Source of the DNA: an uncultured delta proteobacterium
GTDB taxonomy: Bacteria > Desulfobacterota > Binatia > UBA9968
DNA: 64,000 nucleotides
Assembly: GCA_963745835.1 (NCBI GenBank)
Contig: CAVUZH010000024.1
Span: 128,001-192,000, forward strand
Direction: 5' to 3'
Both the position numbers and the translations under genes were made by a program. A model generated the notes under the pieces. The model was not told the origin of the DNA. It made no database searches and was given only the letters and a program-made list of their open reading frames with translations. Shown here one piece after another: positions 30,407 to 41,250 of this stretch (position 1 is its first letter; every line of letters starts with the position of its first letter).

Positions 30407-32803
30407 TTAGAACGTCTTCAAGAATTCGATCAACGCTCGTTTATCTTCGTCGCTCAGCGGCGTCTCTTCCTTCAGCAAACTCGTGCCGAAGTAGTGGCCC
30501 CGGTTGACGACGAAATCCGGACACTTGCTGACCTGCAAGAGATCAGGCACGAGGTTTTTAAACACCTCGGCCGCTTCCTGTTCGCTCTTGCCTTCTACCG
30601 CCTTGAGATCGGCTTTCATCTTCAATAACAGCTTAGCCAAATCGATTTTGCTGCTCTCTAAGTCGATATTCGTAAGCAGATTCACCGGAGTGCCCTTCGG
30701 AATGGGGCCGATTTGCACCCCTTCTTCATTAAACAGCCAAGGCAACCAGCGCGCTCCCAAATCATTCCAGCTGAGCAGATGGTTCAGAGAAGCGGGTAAG
30801 AACCCGGGGGCGAGTTTGATATAGCTCGTCGCGGTGGTGCGATAGATGAACCCCGGCACCTTGTCAGCGAGAATCGGGTCTTTGTCACGCTTTTCCGGCC
30901 ACAGCATTTTTTCTATCGAATCATTGAACGACTCCATGCGCGCCTCCACGGATGGTGACGGATTGAACTTGCCGACTGAATTGTTGAGCAGAAAAGGCGC
31001 CGTTGACCACAAGCTAATTAGCGAGGGCACGCGGGTATAGCCGCGCCCATTGCCGGGCATCTCGTATTCCTGCGGGCTGCCGTCGATCGGGTTGTGCACG
31101 GTAATCTTGCCCACCGATGGCAAGTCTTTATAGGTTTGCGATGAGTAATTGTCCCAGATGTTGCCGCCGAGAGCATTGGTCGCCAGCGGACTGCAAGCGT
31201 TGGTCTGGAGCAAGGTAACAGGAATGCGGCGGTCCGTGGACAAATAATTATCGACGAGAAAATCATCCGCCATCACCATCTCAGTCATTTTTTTCTTGAA
31301 GTCGTCGGTCTTGGTCCATTTCCAGTATTGCTCCCAATCCCGTTCATCCACACCAGCGGACGCTGCGGGAATCTTGCTCGAATGACAGCGCGCGCAGGTC
31401 TCCGCGAACACCGTCTTGCCGCGAGCCAACTGAGCTTGATCCTTGGTCAGATATTGCTCGCCACCCGGAACATTCTTGAGCAGATCCGGCTGCGCCGTCT
31501 TGAGGAAGAACAGCGCAACATCCGGAGTCTGGGCCACGGTTGCGTTCCAGTAGCTCGAATTTTTTTCGGCATCCTCAATCCTAATGGGCGTGATTTTTTT
31601 TCCGCCTACTAGAGCATTGAAATGCAGCAGCCACTCTTCGCTGAACAGCCCAATGTTGATGAACACGCGATTCAGCGCCCCAAGCACGCCGACGGAATCC
31701 GCACCGTCTTTTAGGATGCGCGGCGTCCATACGGTGTCGGGTGGTTTATGGTACTGCGCCAAAGCCGCGGTTTGCTTGAAGTCTTGGAACTGCTTGTTCT
31801 TGACTCCTCCGCCGGCGAGTTTTTCCTCTCCCCAGCGTTCGGCCGCCTTTAAACGCGCCGCGACGCTGTAGACGGCGTTCATTGTGCGCGGGTTATTGAT
31901 GTAGTCGGTGGAAATAAACGATGTGTCTAAAGTACCCGGCAATGACGTATGGAGCAGTTGCTGGATGAAATTGGCGTCATCCTTTTCCCAGAAAAGAATC
32001 CGGTCCACCCAGAAATATTGAGTGCCGGGATTCGAGTTCAGGTTTTCCCATTTGGGATTTTCCGGATCCGCCGGCGGTTTAACCGGACTCGGCCCAACAT
32101 GGCAAAAGCCACACGACATGCCGACTCGGTAAGGACGAATCAGGTTTTTATCATTATAGTAGTCGGGGTCGGTATAAAATTTTTCCGCATTCCATTTCTT
32201 TTGCGCCGCTTCGTCGAACTCCGGATTCGGAAACAGGCGCAGGCCGACAATTCCCGACGCATAGCCGTACAACGATCCCACGGGAATGTTCTTACCGCGC
32301 GCGCCAATCTGGATGCCGGGATATTTCTGTTCGTTTTCGAACGGGTCCGGCGGGCAATCTTTGCTGCGCGTATCCAGCCACAGGCCGAAGCGATCTTTGT
32401 TCGCGGTCTGTGGCTTATCAAAGCAGGGCTCGTTTACCAGGCCAAGTTCTTGCCAACGCGTGTCCCGGCTCAGATGTTTGATGTTGGGATGAGATGAAAG
32501 AATCTTAAGTAGATCGACGGCGCCAAAGCTCTCGCTAACGAGGTGATCCCAGAAGCGGTCGTTGCCGCCGCTCCAAACGATCCAGTTGTTGCGTCCCCTC
32601 ACCTCATTGGCCGTGAGTTCCACCCCGCCATCCATGTCTTTAAAATAATCCTCATCGGCGGCCGGCAAGCTTTCCGCAGTGCGTCCAACCGTTAACGCCT
32701 CGTCCTTAACCGAGCCAGGTTCGGGCGATCCTTTTCCGCATCCGGAAGCTGCGAGGATGACGAGTATCGATAGCGCAGAAAGGTTCAGACGACGGATTTC
32801 CAT
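30407..32803 (-). CDS. Large di-heme c-type cytochrome lipoprotein (RoxA/CcP-like family)
   Basis: Lipobox LAASGC; CGFCH and CARCH; LWSTAPFLLNNSVG; NRGHYFG; ALIEFLKTF. Confidence 0.8.
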   Translation of the reverse strand: MEIRRLNLSALSILVILAASGCGKGSPEPGSVKDEALTVGRTAESLPAADEDYFKDMDGGVELTANEVRGRNNWIVWSGGNDRFWDHLVSESFGAVDLLKILSSHPNIKHLSRDTRWQELGLVNEPCFDKPQTANKDRFGLWLDTRSKDCPPDPFENEQKYPGIQIGARGKNIPVGSLYGYASGIVGLRLFPNPEFDEAAQKKWNAEKFYTDPDYYNDKNLIRPYRVGMSCGFCHVGPSPVKPPADPENPKWENLNSNPGTQYFWVDRILFWEKDDANFIQQLLHTSLPGTLDTSFISTDYINNPRTMNAVYSVAARLKAAERWGEEKLAGGGVKNKQFQDFKQTAALAQYHKPPDTVWTPRILKDGADSVGVLGALNRVFINIGLFSEEWLLHFNALVGGKKITPIRIEDAEKNSSYWNATVAQTPDVALFFLKTAQPDLLKNVPGGEQYLTKDQAQLARGKTVFAETCARCHSSKIPAASAGVDERDWEQYWKWTKTDDFKKKMTEMVMADDFLVDNYLSTDRRIPVTLLQTNACSPLATNALGGNIWDNYSSQTYKDLPSVGKITVHNPIDGSPQEYEMPGNGRGYTRVPSLISLWSTAPFLLNNSVGKFNPSPSVEARMESFNDSIEKMLWPEKRDKDPILADKVPGFIYRTTATSYIKLAPGFLPASLNHLLSWNDLGARWLPWLFNEEGVQIGPIPKGTPVNLLTNIDLESSKIDLAKLLLKMKADLKAVEGKSEQEAAEVFKNLVPDLLQVSKCPDFVVNRGHYFGTSLLKEETPLSDEDKRALIEFLKTF

Positions 32804-32888
32804 TGTTTGTTTCTCCCCAACCACAACGCTGCCATTCCAAAGAATCGGCCAGCTTTTCGGCAATAGATCTGTTTCGACTTAGCGAATG

Positions 32889-34349
32889 TCAAAGGCTCTT
32901 CAGATATTCGATCAACGCGTCTTTTTCCGGGGCCGACAAGTTGACGCCGAATTCGTGGCCCTGGTTGCCGCTGGCGCGTTCACTGACATCATATTTGGTG
33001 CCGATTCGTTGCGCCTCCGGACCTTGGCTAACGAACCCGACATTCTCCGGATCGTAAACATCATAACCGCGATAGAATACCTTTGGCCGCTCGGCGACCG
33101 CTTTGAGCAAATCGCGCAGAGTCGGCACCGAACCGTTGTGCAGATAAGGCGCGCGCAGCCAGATGCCGTCCAAGAACTGCGCGATGTATCCACTCGGTTC
33201 ATTTTCGACCAGACCGCGCCGCTCGATGCCGAAATTGCGCACGACTTTGTTGGACTCAATGGCTGCCTGCTTGCTCCAGGTTTTTAGCCGCTCGCGATCC
33301 GTGCCGACCTCTTCAACCGGCACGCGGGTGCCGGTGCGCTCGCTCGCGTGACACCTGGCGCAATTAGCATCAAAAATAGTCTTGCCCAGTTTGGCTTGTT
33401 CCGCCTTGATCGGGAATGGATACTTTGGCGCCTGCAGTTCACTCAAGTATTTCACCAGCCAATCAATCTGCTCCATGAAATCGTCGCGATCGTGCGGCTC
33501 GGCATTGAGCAGGCCCAAGGCCGAATCGATGATCACCGAACGCGCATCATGGCTGTCGCCGGCAAGGTTCATTAGCATGCCTTTCTCCGGCTGGTACTTT
33601 TTTAAATTCCAGACCGACGGCATGTCGGTGGGACCAATCGTATCGTCCATAGGCCAGTTGAGTAGGAAATATTTGGTGAGATTCATGGCATCATCGCGCC
33701 CCCGGCCCCACAACGGGAACTCCTCGTGATACACCCACTTGAATTGCGCTTCGCGTTCGAGCAAACGCTTTTTGGTGATCGGAATCAGCACGTAGCGATA
33801 AATCAGCCGATCCAACAGCGGCAAATCATAAACGAGCGCGATTTCGCTCATGATCTCATCGGCGTTGAAGCGGGGATCCCTGGCACAGTCCACGACGAAG
33901 CGGAAAAATGCCTGCAGATTGAGCGTGTGATTGGGCCCTGCCGGCACAAACACAGGATTTTCATCGGCGCTCTTACGATAGCTGGCGGTGTGGCACGAGG
34001 CGCAGTTATTAGCCACGCGTGGAAAGCCGATCACTTTTTTAGTGAAACCGATCGGCAGCTCCTGACCCTGCTCCCACGCGACTCCTAAGGAAGCATAACC
34101 GCCAGGCCCCGGCAACTTCTCGGGAAACATGCGCGGCAGTACGAAAAAGATCCAATACGGTATGCCGGCATCGTGCTCCGCGCCAATGGAGCCATATTTA
34201 AAACGCATGTCGGGTGTGGCGGTCACCCAGTTAGGTTGCGGCTCCTCACGGAGAAATTTATACCAACCGATAATACCTCCGACAGCAACGAACAGGAGCA
34301 CAAGCAGCAAACAAGTTTTCCACCAGGATTTTTTTTGTCCTGCAACCAT
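32889..34349 (-). CDS. Membrane-anchored di-heme c cytochrome, RoxA-like
   Basis: N-terminal TM; CASCH and CARCH; WLRAPYLHNGSVPTL; GNQGHEFG; ALIEYLKSL. Confidence 0.82.
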   Translation of the reverse strand: MVAGQKKSWWKTCLLLVLLFVAVGGIIGWYKFLREEPQPNWVTATPDMRFKYGSIGAEHDAGIPYWIFFVLPRMFPEKLPGPGGYASLGVAWEQGQELPIGFTKKVIGFPRVANNCASCHTASYRKSADENPVFVPAGPNHTLNLQAFFRFVVDCARDPRFNADEIMSEIALVYDLPLLDRLIYRYVLIPITKKRLLEREAQFKWVYHEEFPLWGRGRDDAMNLTKYFLLNWPMDDTIGPTDMPSVWNLKKYQPEKGMLMNLAGDSHDARSVIIDSALGLLNAEPHDRDDFMEQIDWLVKYLSELQAPKYPFPIKAEQAKLGKTIFDANCARCHASERTGTRVPVEEVGTDRERLKTWSKQAAIESNKVVRNFGIERRGLVENEPSGYIAQFLDGIWLRAPYLHNGSVPTLRDLLKAVAERPKVFYRGYDVYDPENVGFVSQGPEAQRIGTKYDVSERASGNQGHEFGVNLSAPEKDALIEYLKSL

Positions 34350-34385
34350 CGAACCTCCAGGGTCACTCAGGAGCGCACCCGCGAT

Positions 34386-35906
34386 TTAAAAAGTCTTGAG
34401 GTACTCGATCAAAGCGTCTTTGTCTGCGACCGGCAGCTCGGTGCCGTAGCGGTTTCCTTCATGACCTTGATTCGAATTGCCGGGCTCAGCTGTATCGTAA
34501 AGAAAATATTTCCGGCCTTTCTCTTCGCTGACGTCGCCAACAAAGCCAACCTTCTTCTGGTCGTAGACATCGTAGCCGCGGTAAAAAGTTTTCGGTCGTT
34601 TGTCACTGGGCTCCAGCAGGTCGCGCAAGGTCGGCACCGAGCCGTTGTGCAAATACGGCGCCCGCAGCCAGAGCCCGTCGAGCGGACTATTGGCATAACC
34701 GAAAGTTTTGCGGAAGTGCCTGAAGCGTTCTTCGGCGTATCCGGCGAAGATCATATTTTGATTGACGGCAACCTCATAGGTGTAGGAGTCGAGACGTGCG
34801 CGGTCGGTGCCAATATCCTTGATCGGCACCACCTTGCCGACATCTTCGCCGCGAAAATCCTTGCCATCGGCGCCATGGCATTTCGCACAGTACTCTTTGT
34901 AGATCGGCGCGCCTTGGGCGGCGAGATCATTGTTGATCGCAAACGGATAGGCTGGCGCGGCGAGATTGCGGACCCAGTCGGCGACGCGTTTCAAGCTGGC
35001 CCGGTCGCCGGTGGGCGGCGTGATGCCGGTGCCCATGGCGGCGCTGCGGTTACGCTCCTCCAGCGACACGTTGTTACCGTCCCAATGCAAGTTCATTTTG
35101 AGACTTTCGCGTTGGTCCTGATTCCAAATGGACGGAAAATCCGTCGTGCCAATTCGTTCCTCCTTCGAAAGCTGATCGGGCGGGAAATTAAAATAAGCTT
35201 TCAACGGGTTGAAGGTGTCGACTCGCCCCGGACCCCACTCGGGTTGCTCTTTGATGAAATCCAGCCGATCGCGCAAAGTCAGGATTCGTTCGCGCATGAA
35301 ATAAATGCCGTAGAAACGCAGTACCAGCCGATCGATCATGGGTAAATCGTCCAGACCTTCGCGTTCTCGGATAACCTTAATCTGCCGCAGGATGTCCCTT
35401 GGCGTAAATCTCCTGTCCTCGCCGGTCGCGAACAGAAATCTCATGAAGGCGCGGAAGTCAAAAGTATTTGCCGGCATTGCTGAATAAACCTTGGGCTCGC
35501 TTTCCGCGCTTTCGCGCACGGTTCCCGCATGGCAAAAGGCACAGTTGAGCCACACTACGTCAAAGCCGAGATAGCGGCGCTGGGACATGCCGACCGGAAG
35601 ACTTTTCCCCTTCTCGAAAACAAAGCCGACCGACTCCCAGCCACGGCCGGGCTGCGGCAACTTGTCTTCAAACAGCTCAGGTAAGGCGCGCCAGATCCAA
35701 TACGGCACGCCAAACTCGTGCTCGCTGCCGAGGGACCCATACTTGAAATGCTCGAGATCGTCTTTGTAAACCACCGGAGTATCGGCGCCGAAACGTCCCA
35801 GCAACAAAGCTCCCCCCACCATAGCCAGTACCAGCACCACAACAGTGATCCAACCGATGAGCTTCAGAATACGTTCGCCCGGCGACGCTAGTTCAGGCTG
35901 CGCCAT
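34386..35906 (-). CDS. Membrane-anchored di-heme c cytochrome, RoxA-like (paralog of neighbour)
   Basis: GGGGAG RBS before ATG 35906; TM; CAFCH and CAKCH; WLRAPYLHNGSVPTL; SNQGHEG. Confidence 0.82.
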   Translation of the reverse strand: MAQPELASPGERILKLIGWITVVVLVLAMVGGALLLGRFGADTPVVYKDDLEHFKYGSLGSEHEFGVPYWIWRALPELFEDKLPQPGRGWESVGFVFEKGKSLPVGMSQRRYLGFDVVWLNCAFCHAGTVRESAESEPKVYSAMPANTFDFRAFMRFLFATGEDRRFTPRDILRQIKVIREREGLDDLPMIDRLVLRFYGIYFMRERILTLRDRLDFIKEQPEWGPGRVDTFNPLKAYFNFPPDQLSKEERIGTTDFPSIWNQDQRESLKMNLHWDGNNVSLEERNRSAAMGTGITPPTGDRASLKRVADWVRNLAAPAYPFAINNDLAAQGAPIYKEYCAKCHGADGKDFRGEDVGKVVPIKDIGTDRARLDSYTYEVAVNQNMIFAGYAEERFRHFRKTFGYANSPLDGLWLRAPYLHNGSVPTLRDLLEPSDKRPKTFYRGYDVYDQKKVGFVGDVSEEKGRKYFLYDTAEPGNSNQGHEGNRYGTELPVADKDALIEYLKTF

Positions 35907-36119
35907 AGACGTTCTCCCCCCGTAATGGTTGCTCGCTGCACTGGCGTTGTCACGATCATCAAAAGTTAGTGCCGTCGTTTGACGTGAATCGATTGAAGAT
36001 TGGCTCGAGATCGAAATAGCTGGAGTTGTTCGTGAAGAATATGGCTTCGATCCTGGGGGCCCCCGCGGCAGGATCGCCCCGAACCGCGGTGTCAGGTTCA
36101 CAGCATCGGCTTTATCTGA

Positions 36120-36557
36120 CTAGGAGTTAAACTTCAGGGCAAAATCAATCAATCGCTTTTTCTCCCAATAAACCTTCCCCAAGTAGAGGCCGGGTTCGAT
36201 TTGGCGGATCTCATCACGTATCCACTGAGCGATAATGGAGGTATCGGAGTAATCCAGAACAATACAGTCTTTGCCGTCGAGCCAACTAGGTGCTTTGTAA
36301 ACTTTGGCGATGATGGCATTGAGACCAAAAGGAAGAATTCGGTTTTTCAGGACTCCCTTGCCGGCATCGAAGACTTTACCTTGCCAGGCAAAGTTACTGA
36401 TGAACTTGGCGATGTTCGAACTGAACTTCGTGCCGGGCGCAACGATCGCGGTTCCATCCGCTTCGCCGTTTGGAATCTCGCCCGCGGCGCATTTGCCGAA
36501 AAGGTCGTCGAGGTCTGCTTGCGACATGCTCAAAAGTTTCTCGACATCGTAAGCCAT
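36120..36557 (-). CDS. Small conserved hypothetical protein (possible lipocalin-like beta-barrel), first gene of the cytochrome operon
   Basis: Strong RBS; WQGKVF, SWLDGKDCIVLDYS, IRDEIRQI.PGLYLG. Confidence 0.75.
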   Translation of the reverse strand: MAYDVEKLLSMSQADLDDLFGKCAAGEIPNGEADGTAIVAPGTKFSSNIAKFISNFAWQGKVFDAGKGVLKNRILPFGLNAIIAKVYKAPSWLDGKDCIVLDYSDTSIIAQWIRDEIRQIEPGLYLGKVYWEKKRLIDFALKFNS

Positions 36558-36773
36558 GGTAGTTTCCCTCCTCCCGTCAGATATATATTCGAGGAAGATG
36601 TCACTCGTTGAAACGAACTAACGACGACTAATCTCATACGACTGCGCCCGACGTCAAGAAAATTTCCTACGGCTGAAGAAAATCGCAGATGAGAATTAAA
36701 GTGTGCACGCATCGCGCGATTTTGAATTGTGAATCGAAGTAACTTTTGTCAAGCTACAATCTAAGTGGAACAC

Positions 36774-36983
36774 ATGAAAACAAAAACAGCGATCATCTCT
36801 ATCGATGATTTAAAATCGGATGATTTGCCGGCTCTGCGCCAAACGCTCGGCACATTGCCTGGAGTTCAGAGTTTAGATTTCAGCTTGGAGCGCAAGGTCG
36901 CGGTGATTGATTTCGATCCCAAACAGTCTCACCTTGACGATTTTTTGCGCGCAGTTTTGAAGGCGGGATTTAGAGTAAGCTAA
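36774..36983 (+). CDS. HMA/CopZ-fold small protein lacking the CxxC motif
   Basis: L..LPGV.S...SLE...A.I.FDP......AV.KAGF pattern; no cysteine. Confidence 0.7.
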   Translation: MKTKTAIISIDDLKSDDLPALRQTLGTLPGVQSLDFSLERKVAVIDFDPKQSHLDDFLRAVLKAGFRVS

Positions 36984-36986
36984 CAG

Positions 36987-37132
36987 CCGTTCAACCGTTC
37001 AAAGTTCACGGTTCTAGGCTAACACTGCGAGTGCTCACGACGCAGCAGTGTTCGTCCCGAGCTTGTTTACTTCAAATCATTCCGGCTCAACAGCGTACGG
37101 ATTGAACGTTCGAATGTTGAACCGTTGAACGG
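36987..37132. repeat. REP/MITE-like element with 16-bp terminal inverted repeats
   Basis: CCGTTCAACCGTTCAA ... TTGAACCGTTGAACGG (1 mismatch) between convergent genes. Confidence 0.6.
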
Positions 37133-37135
37133 TAC

Positions 37136-38491
37136 TTACTCTCCGGCCACGGTCATCTTAGAAATTTTAATGGTAGGCGCGGCGATGCGGCCTCTCATTT
37201 CGAGATCGTTGCCGATCGTCTCGATATTTTGAAACATCTCTTTGAGATTCCCCGCAATCGTCACCTCTTCGACGGGATACGCGAGCTCGCCGTTTTCGAT
37301 CCAGATGCCGGCGGCGCCGCGCGAGTAATCGCCGGTTACGAGATTAACACCGAAGCCGATGGTCTCGGTTAAATAGAGGCCCCGTTTCACAGAACCGATA
37401 ATCTCGTCAGGCGCTTGCTTGCCGGGCGCAAGATAAAAGTTGGTGGGCGCCACACCCGGCGGTTCACCTATCGAACGAGAAGCATTTCCGGTCGAAGCCA
37501 TGTTTAACTTTTTGCCGCTGTAAGTGTCGAGCAGATAGCTGCGCAAAAACCCATTCTCAACTACAGCCTTTTGGGTAATCGGCAAGCCTTCGGAGTCAAA
37601 TGGTTTCGAGCCGAGCGCTCCGGGAATGGTTCCATCGTCCCAAACCGTGGTTAGATCCGACGCGATCTTGTTGCCGAGCTGACCGTTTAGAAAGGATGCG
37701 CCTTTGTACAAAGAGTATCCCGACAACGCGGAGGACAGATTCCGCAACAGCGAAGCCGCCATATCGGGATCGAAAACAATCGGCACTTCGCAAGTTTTAA
37801 TTTTACGAGCGCCCAGACGGCGCAATACCCGTTCGGCGGCTCTTTTGCCAACGCTCTCCGCCGAATCTAATCGGGCAAATTTTCGATTGGACGAATACCA
37901 ATAGTCTCTCTGCATCGAACCATTTTGCGACGCCACCGGAGCGACTGAATGACCGAAATTCGATCCGTGATACTCGCCGCAGAATCCATGACTGCTGGCG
38001 TAGATAACCCGACCGGATTGGTTGGAAAATTCCGCCCCTTCAGAGTTGGTAATGCGAGGATCGAATTCCATGGCCGCCTTCTCGGCCGCCAGCGCGATGG
38101 CGATTTTGTCATCGACAGAAACTGAGTCCGCCGCATTATCGAAGAGATCCATGTCGGGAATATCTCGAGCCAACAATGCAGCGTCGGGCAAGCCGCTGAA
38201 CGGATCTTGAGCGGTAAACCGGGCCATATTGATGGTATCCTCAACAAGTTTGTCGATGGCTTGTCTTGAAATATCCGAAGTTGAGGCAGAGGCGGAGCTA
38301 TTGCCGTAAAACAACCGCAAACCCAGCCGCTTTTCTTGAGCCTGGCTAATTTTCTCCACTTCGCCAAGACGAACGGTGACAAAGAAAGAGTCTCCCTCCA
38401 CCATGACGATGTCGCCCTGAGTCGCTCCTTTAGCTTTGGCCGTGTCGAGAACCTCGCGCGCCAATTGCTGACTGAGATCGAGTCGTTCCAT
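37136..38491 (-). CDS. pmbA: Metalloprotease partner PmbA/TldE
   Basis: MQRDYWY, PFDSEG, GVNLVTGDYSRGAAG, EVTIAGNL; follows tldD. Confidence 0.93.
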   Translation of the reverse strand: MERLDLSQQLAREVLDTAKAKGATQGDIVMVEGDSFFVTVRLGEVEKISQAQEKRLGLRLFYGNSSASASTSDISRQAIDKLVEDTINMARFTAQDPFSGLPDAALLARDIPDMDLFDNAADSVSVDDKIAIALAAEKAAMEFDPRITNSEGAEFSNQSGRVIYASSHGFCGEYHGSNFGHSVAPVASQNGSMQRDYWYSSNRKFARLDSAESVGKRAAERVLRRLGARKIKTCEVPIVFDPDMAASLLRNLSSALSGYSLYKGASFLNGQLGNKIASDLTTVWDDGTIPGALGSKPFDSEGLPITQKAVVENGFLRSYLLDTYSGKKLNMASTGNASRSIGEPPGVAPTNFYLAPGKQAPDEIIGSVKRGLYLTETIGFGVNLVTGDYSRGAAGIWIENGELAYPVEEVTIAGNLKEMFQNIETIGNDLEMRGRIAAPTIKISKMTVAGE

Positions 38492-38530
38492 GTTTCCTTC
38501 CCGCTTACTGCCTGAACTATTCCGGGTCGA

Positions 38531-39982
<1,452 letters not shown>

Positions 39983-40149
39983 GTTAGATTCTCCCTTGAC
40001 GATTTGTACCACCTCGAACCTTCGCTTTAAAGACATTCGCTCACGCGCATTGAACTGACCTGCTCTGCCAAAAATGGCCTAAACTGCTCGGTTGATCGTT
40101 CTAATCGGTATGGGTTAGAATCCGCTCCATCAAAACCTAGGTGAGGACA

Positions 40150-41218
40150 ATGGCACAAAAAAAAATCATTCATGTGGTCGGCACCGGAACTATCGGCGAA
40201 CCCCTCATCGGGATTCTCTGCACCTTCAAGGAACAGTTCGGCATAGATGAAGTGACTTTTCATAAACGGACGCCGCTTCTCACCGACCGTTCAAAGGTCA
40301 TGGTCCTATGCAATCGAGGCGCGCAACTTTGCGTCGATAAAGAACGGCGGCAAAAATTCGTCGAGATGGGCATGACCCCGACCTATGAAGCTGAGGAAGC
40401 CATTGAGCGCGCCAGCGTAATTATCGACTGCACACCGGTCGGCAACGACAACAAAGAGAAGCTTTACAACAAGTACGCTAATAACGGGCGCGGGTTTCAT
40501 CGCTCAAGGCAGTGAGTACGGATTCGGCAAGATGTATGCGCGTGGCATCAACGACAAGGCTCTGATCAAGGGAGAGGACCAGTTCATCCAGGTCGTAAGC
40601 TGCAATACTCACAACTTAGCCGTGCTCATCGATACCATCGCATTAGGACCGGAAAAGGAAGACAATTTAGAAGAAAGCCGTTTTGTCTGCATGCGCCGCG
40701 CTAACGACATCAGTCAGGAAGGGGATTTCATCCCGGCGCCAGAAGCAGGCAAGCACGATGATACCGAGTTCGGGACTCATCAAGGCCGAGACGCGCATTA
40801 TCTGTTCAAGACCCTGGGCATGGACCTGAATATCTATTCCTCGGCTCTCAAGCTAAACACCCAGTATATGCACACAATTCATTTCGACCTTAAGTTACGG
40901 CGCGGCATTGACAAAGATCAATTGATGCGGCGACTGCAGTCCAACGGCAGGGTCGCGATGACCAACAAAAAATCATCCGCTTCGGTCTTCTCGTTCGGCA
41001 GGGATCACGGGCTCTTCGGCCGCATTTTGAATCAAACAGTGATTGTCACACAAAGCTTGGCGATGAGAGGAGACCGCGAAATCATCGGCACTTGCTTCAC
41101 GCCGCAGGACGGCAATTCGCTATTCAGTAGCTTGGCGGCAACCATGTGGTTTTTGTATCCAGACTCTTACGAGGACAAGCTGAGCCCGGTTCGAGATTAC
41201 TTCTTCAACGAGATCTAA
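40150..41218 (+). pseudogene. Archaeal-type (class II) glyceraldehyde-3-phosphate dehydrogenase-like protein with one +1 frameshift near 40495
   Basis: VVGTGTIG, IIDCTP, QVVSCNTH, RRANDISQ, GTHQ..DA, TQYMH; removing one base in GGGTTTCATC joins the two ORFs via FIAQGSE. Confidence 0.7.
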
Positions 41219-41250
41219 CCTTGCATATAACGGCGTGGCTCGGCGCCGTT

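Noticed and set aside
35907-36101. 65-aa N-terminal extension of the 571-aa cytochrome ORF (similar extensions at 17972, 25344, 32863, 40036)
   Set aside because: Downstream ATGs have better RBS and/or put the signal or TM segment at the N-terminus
40490-40515. Programmed ribosomal frameshift in the GAPDH-like gene
   Set aside because: No canonical slippery heptamer or stimulatory structure seen, and the window has many other indels suggesting sequence error
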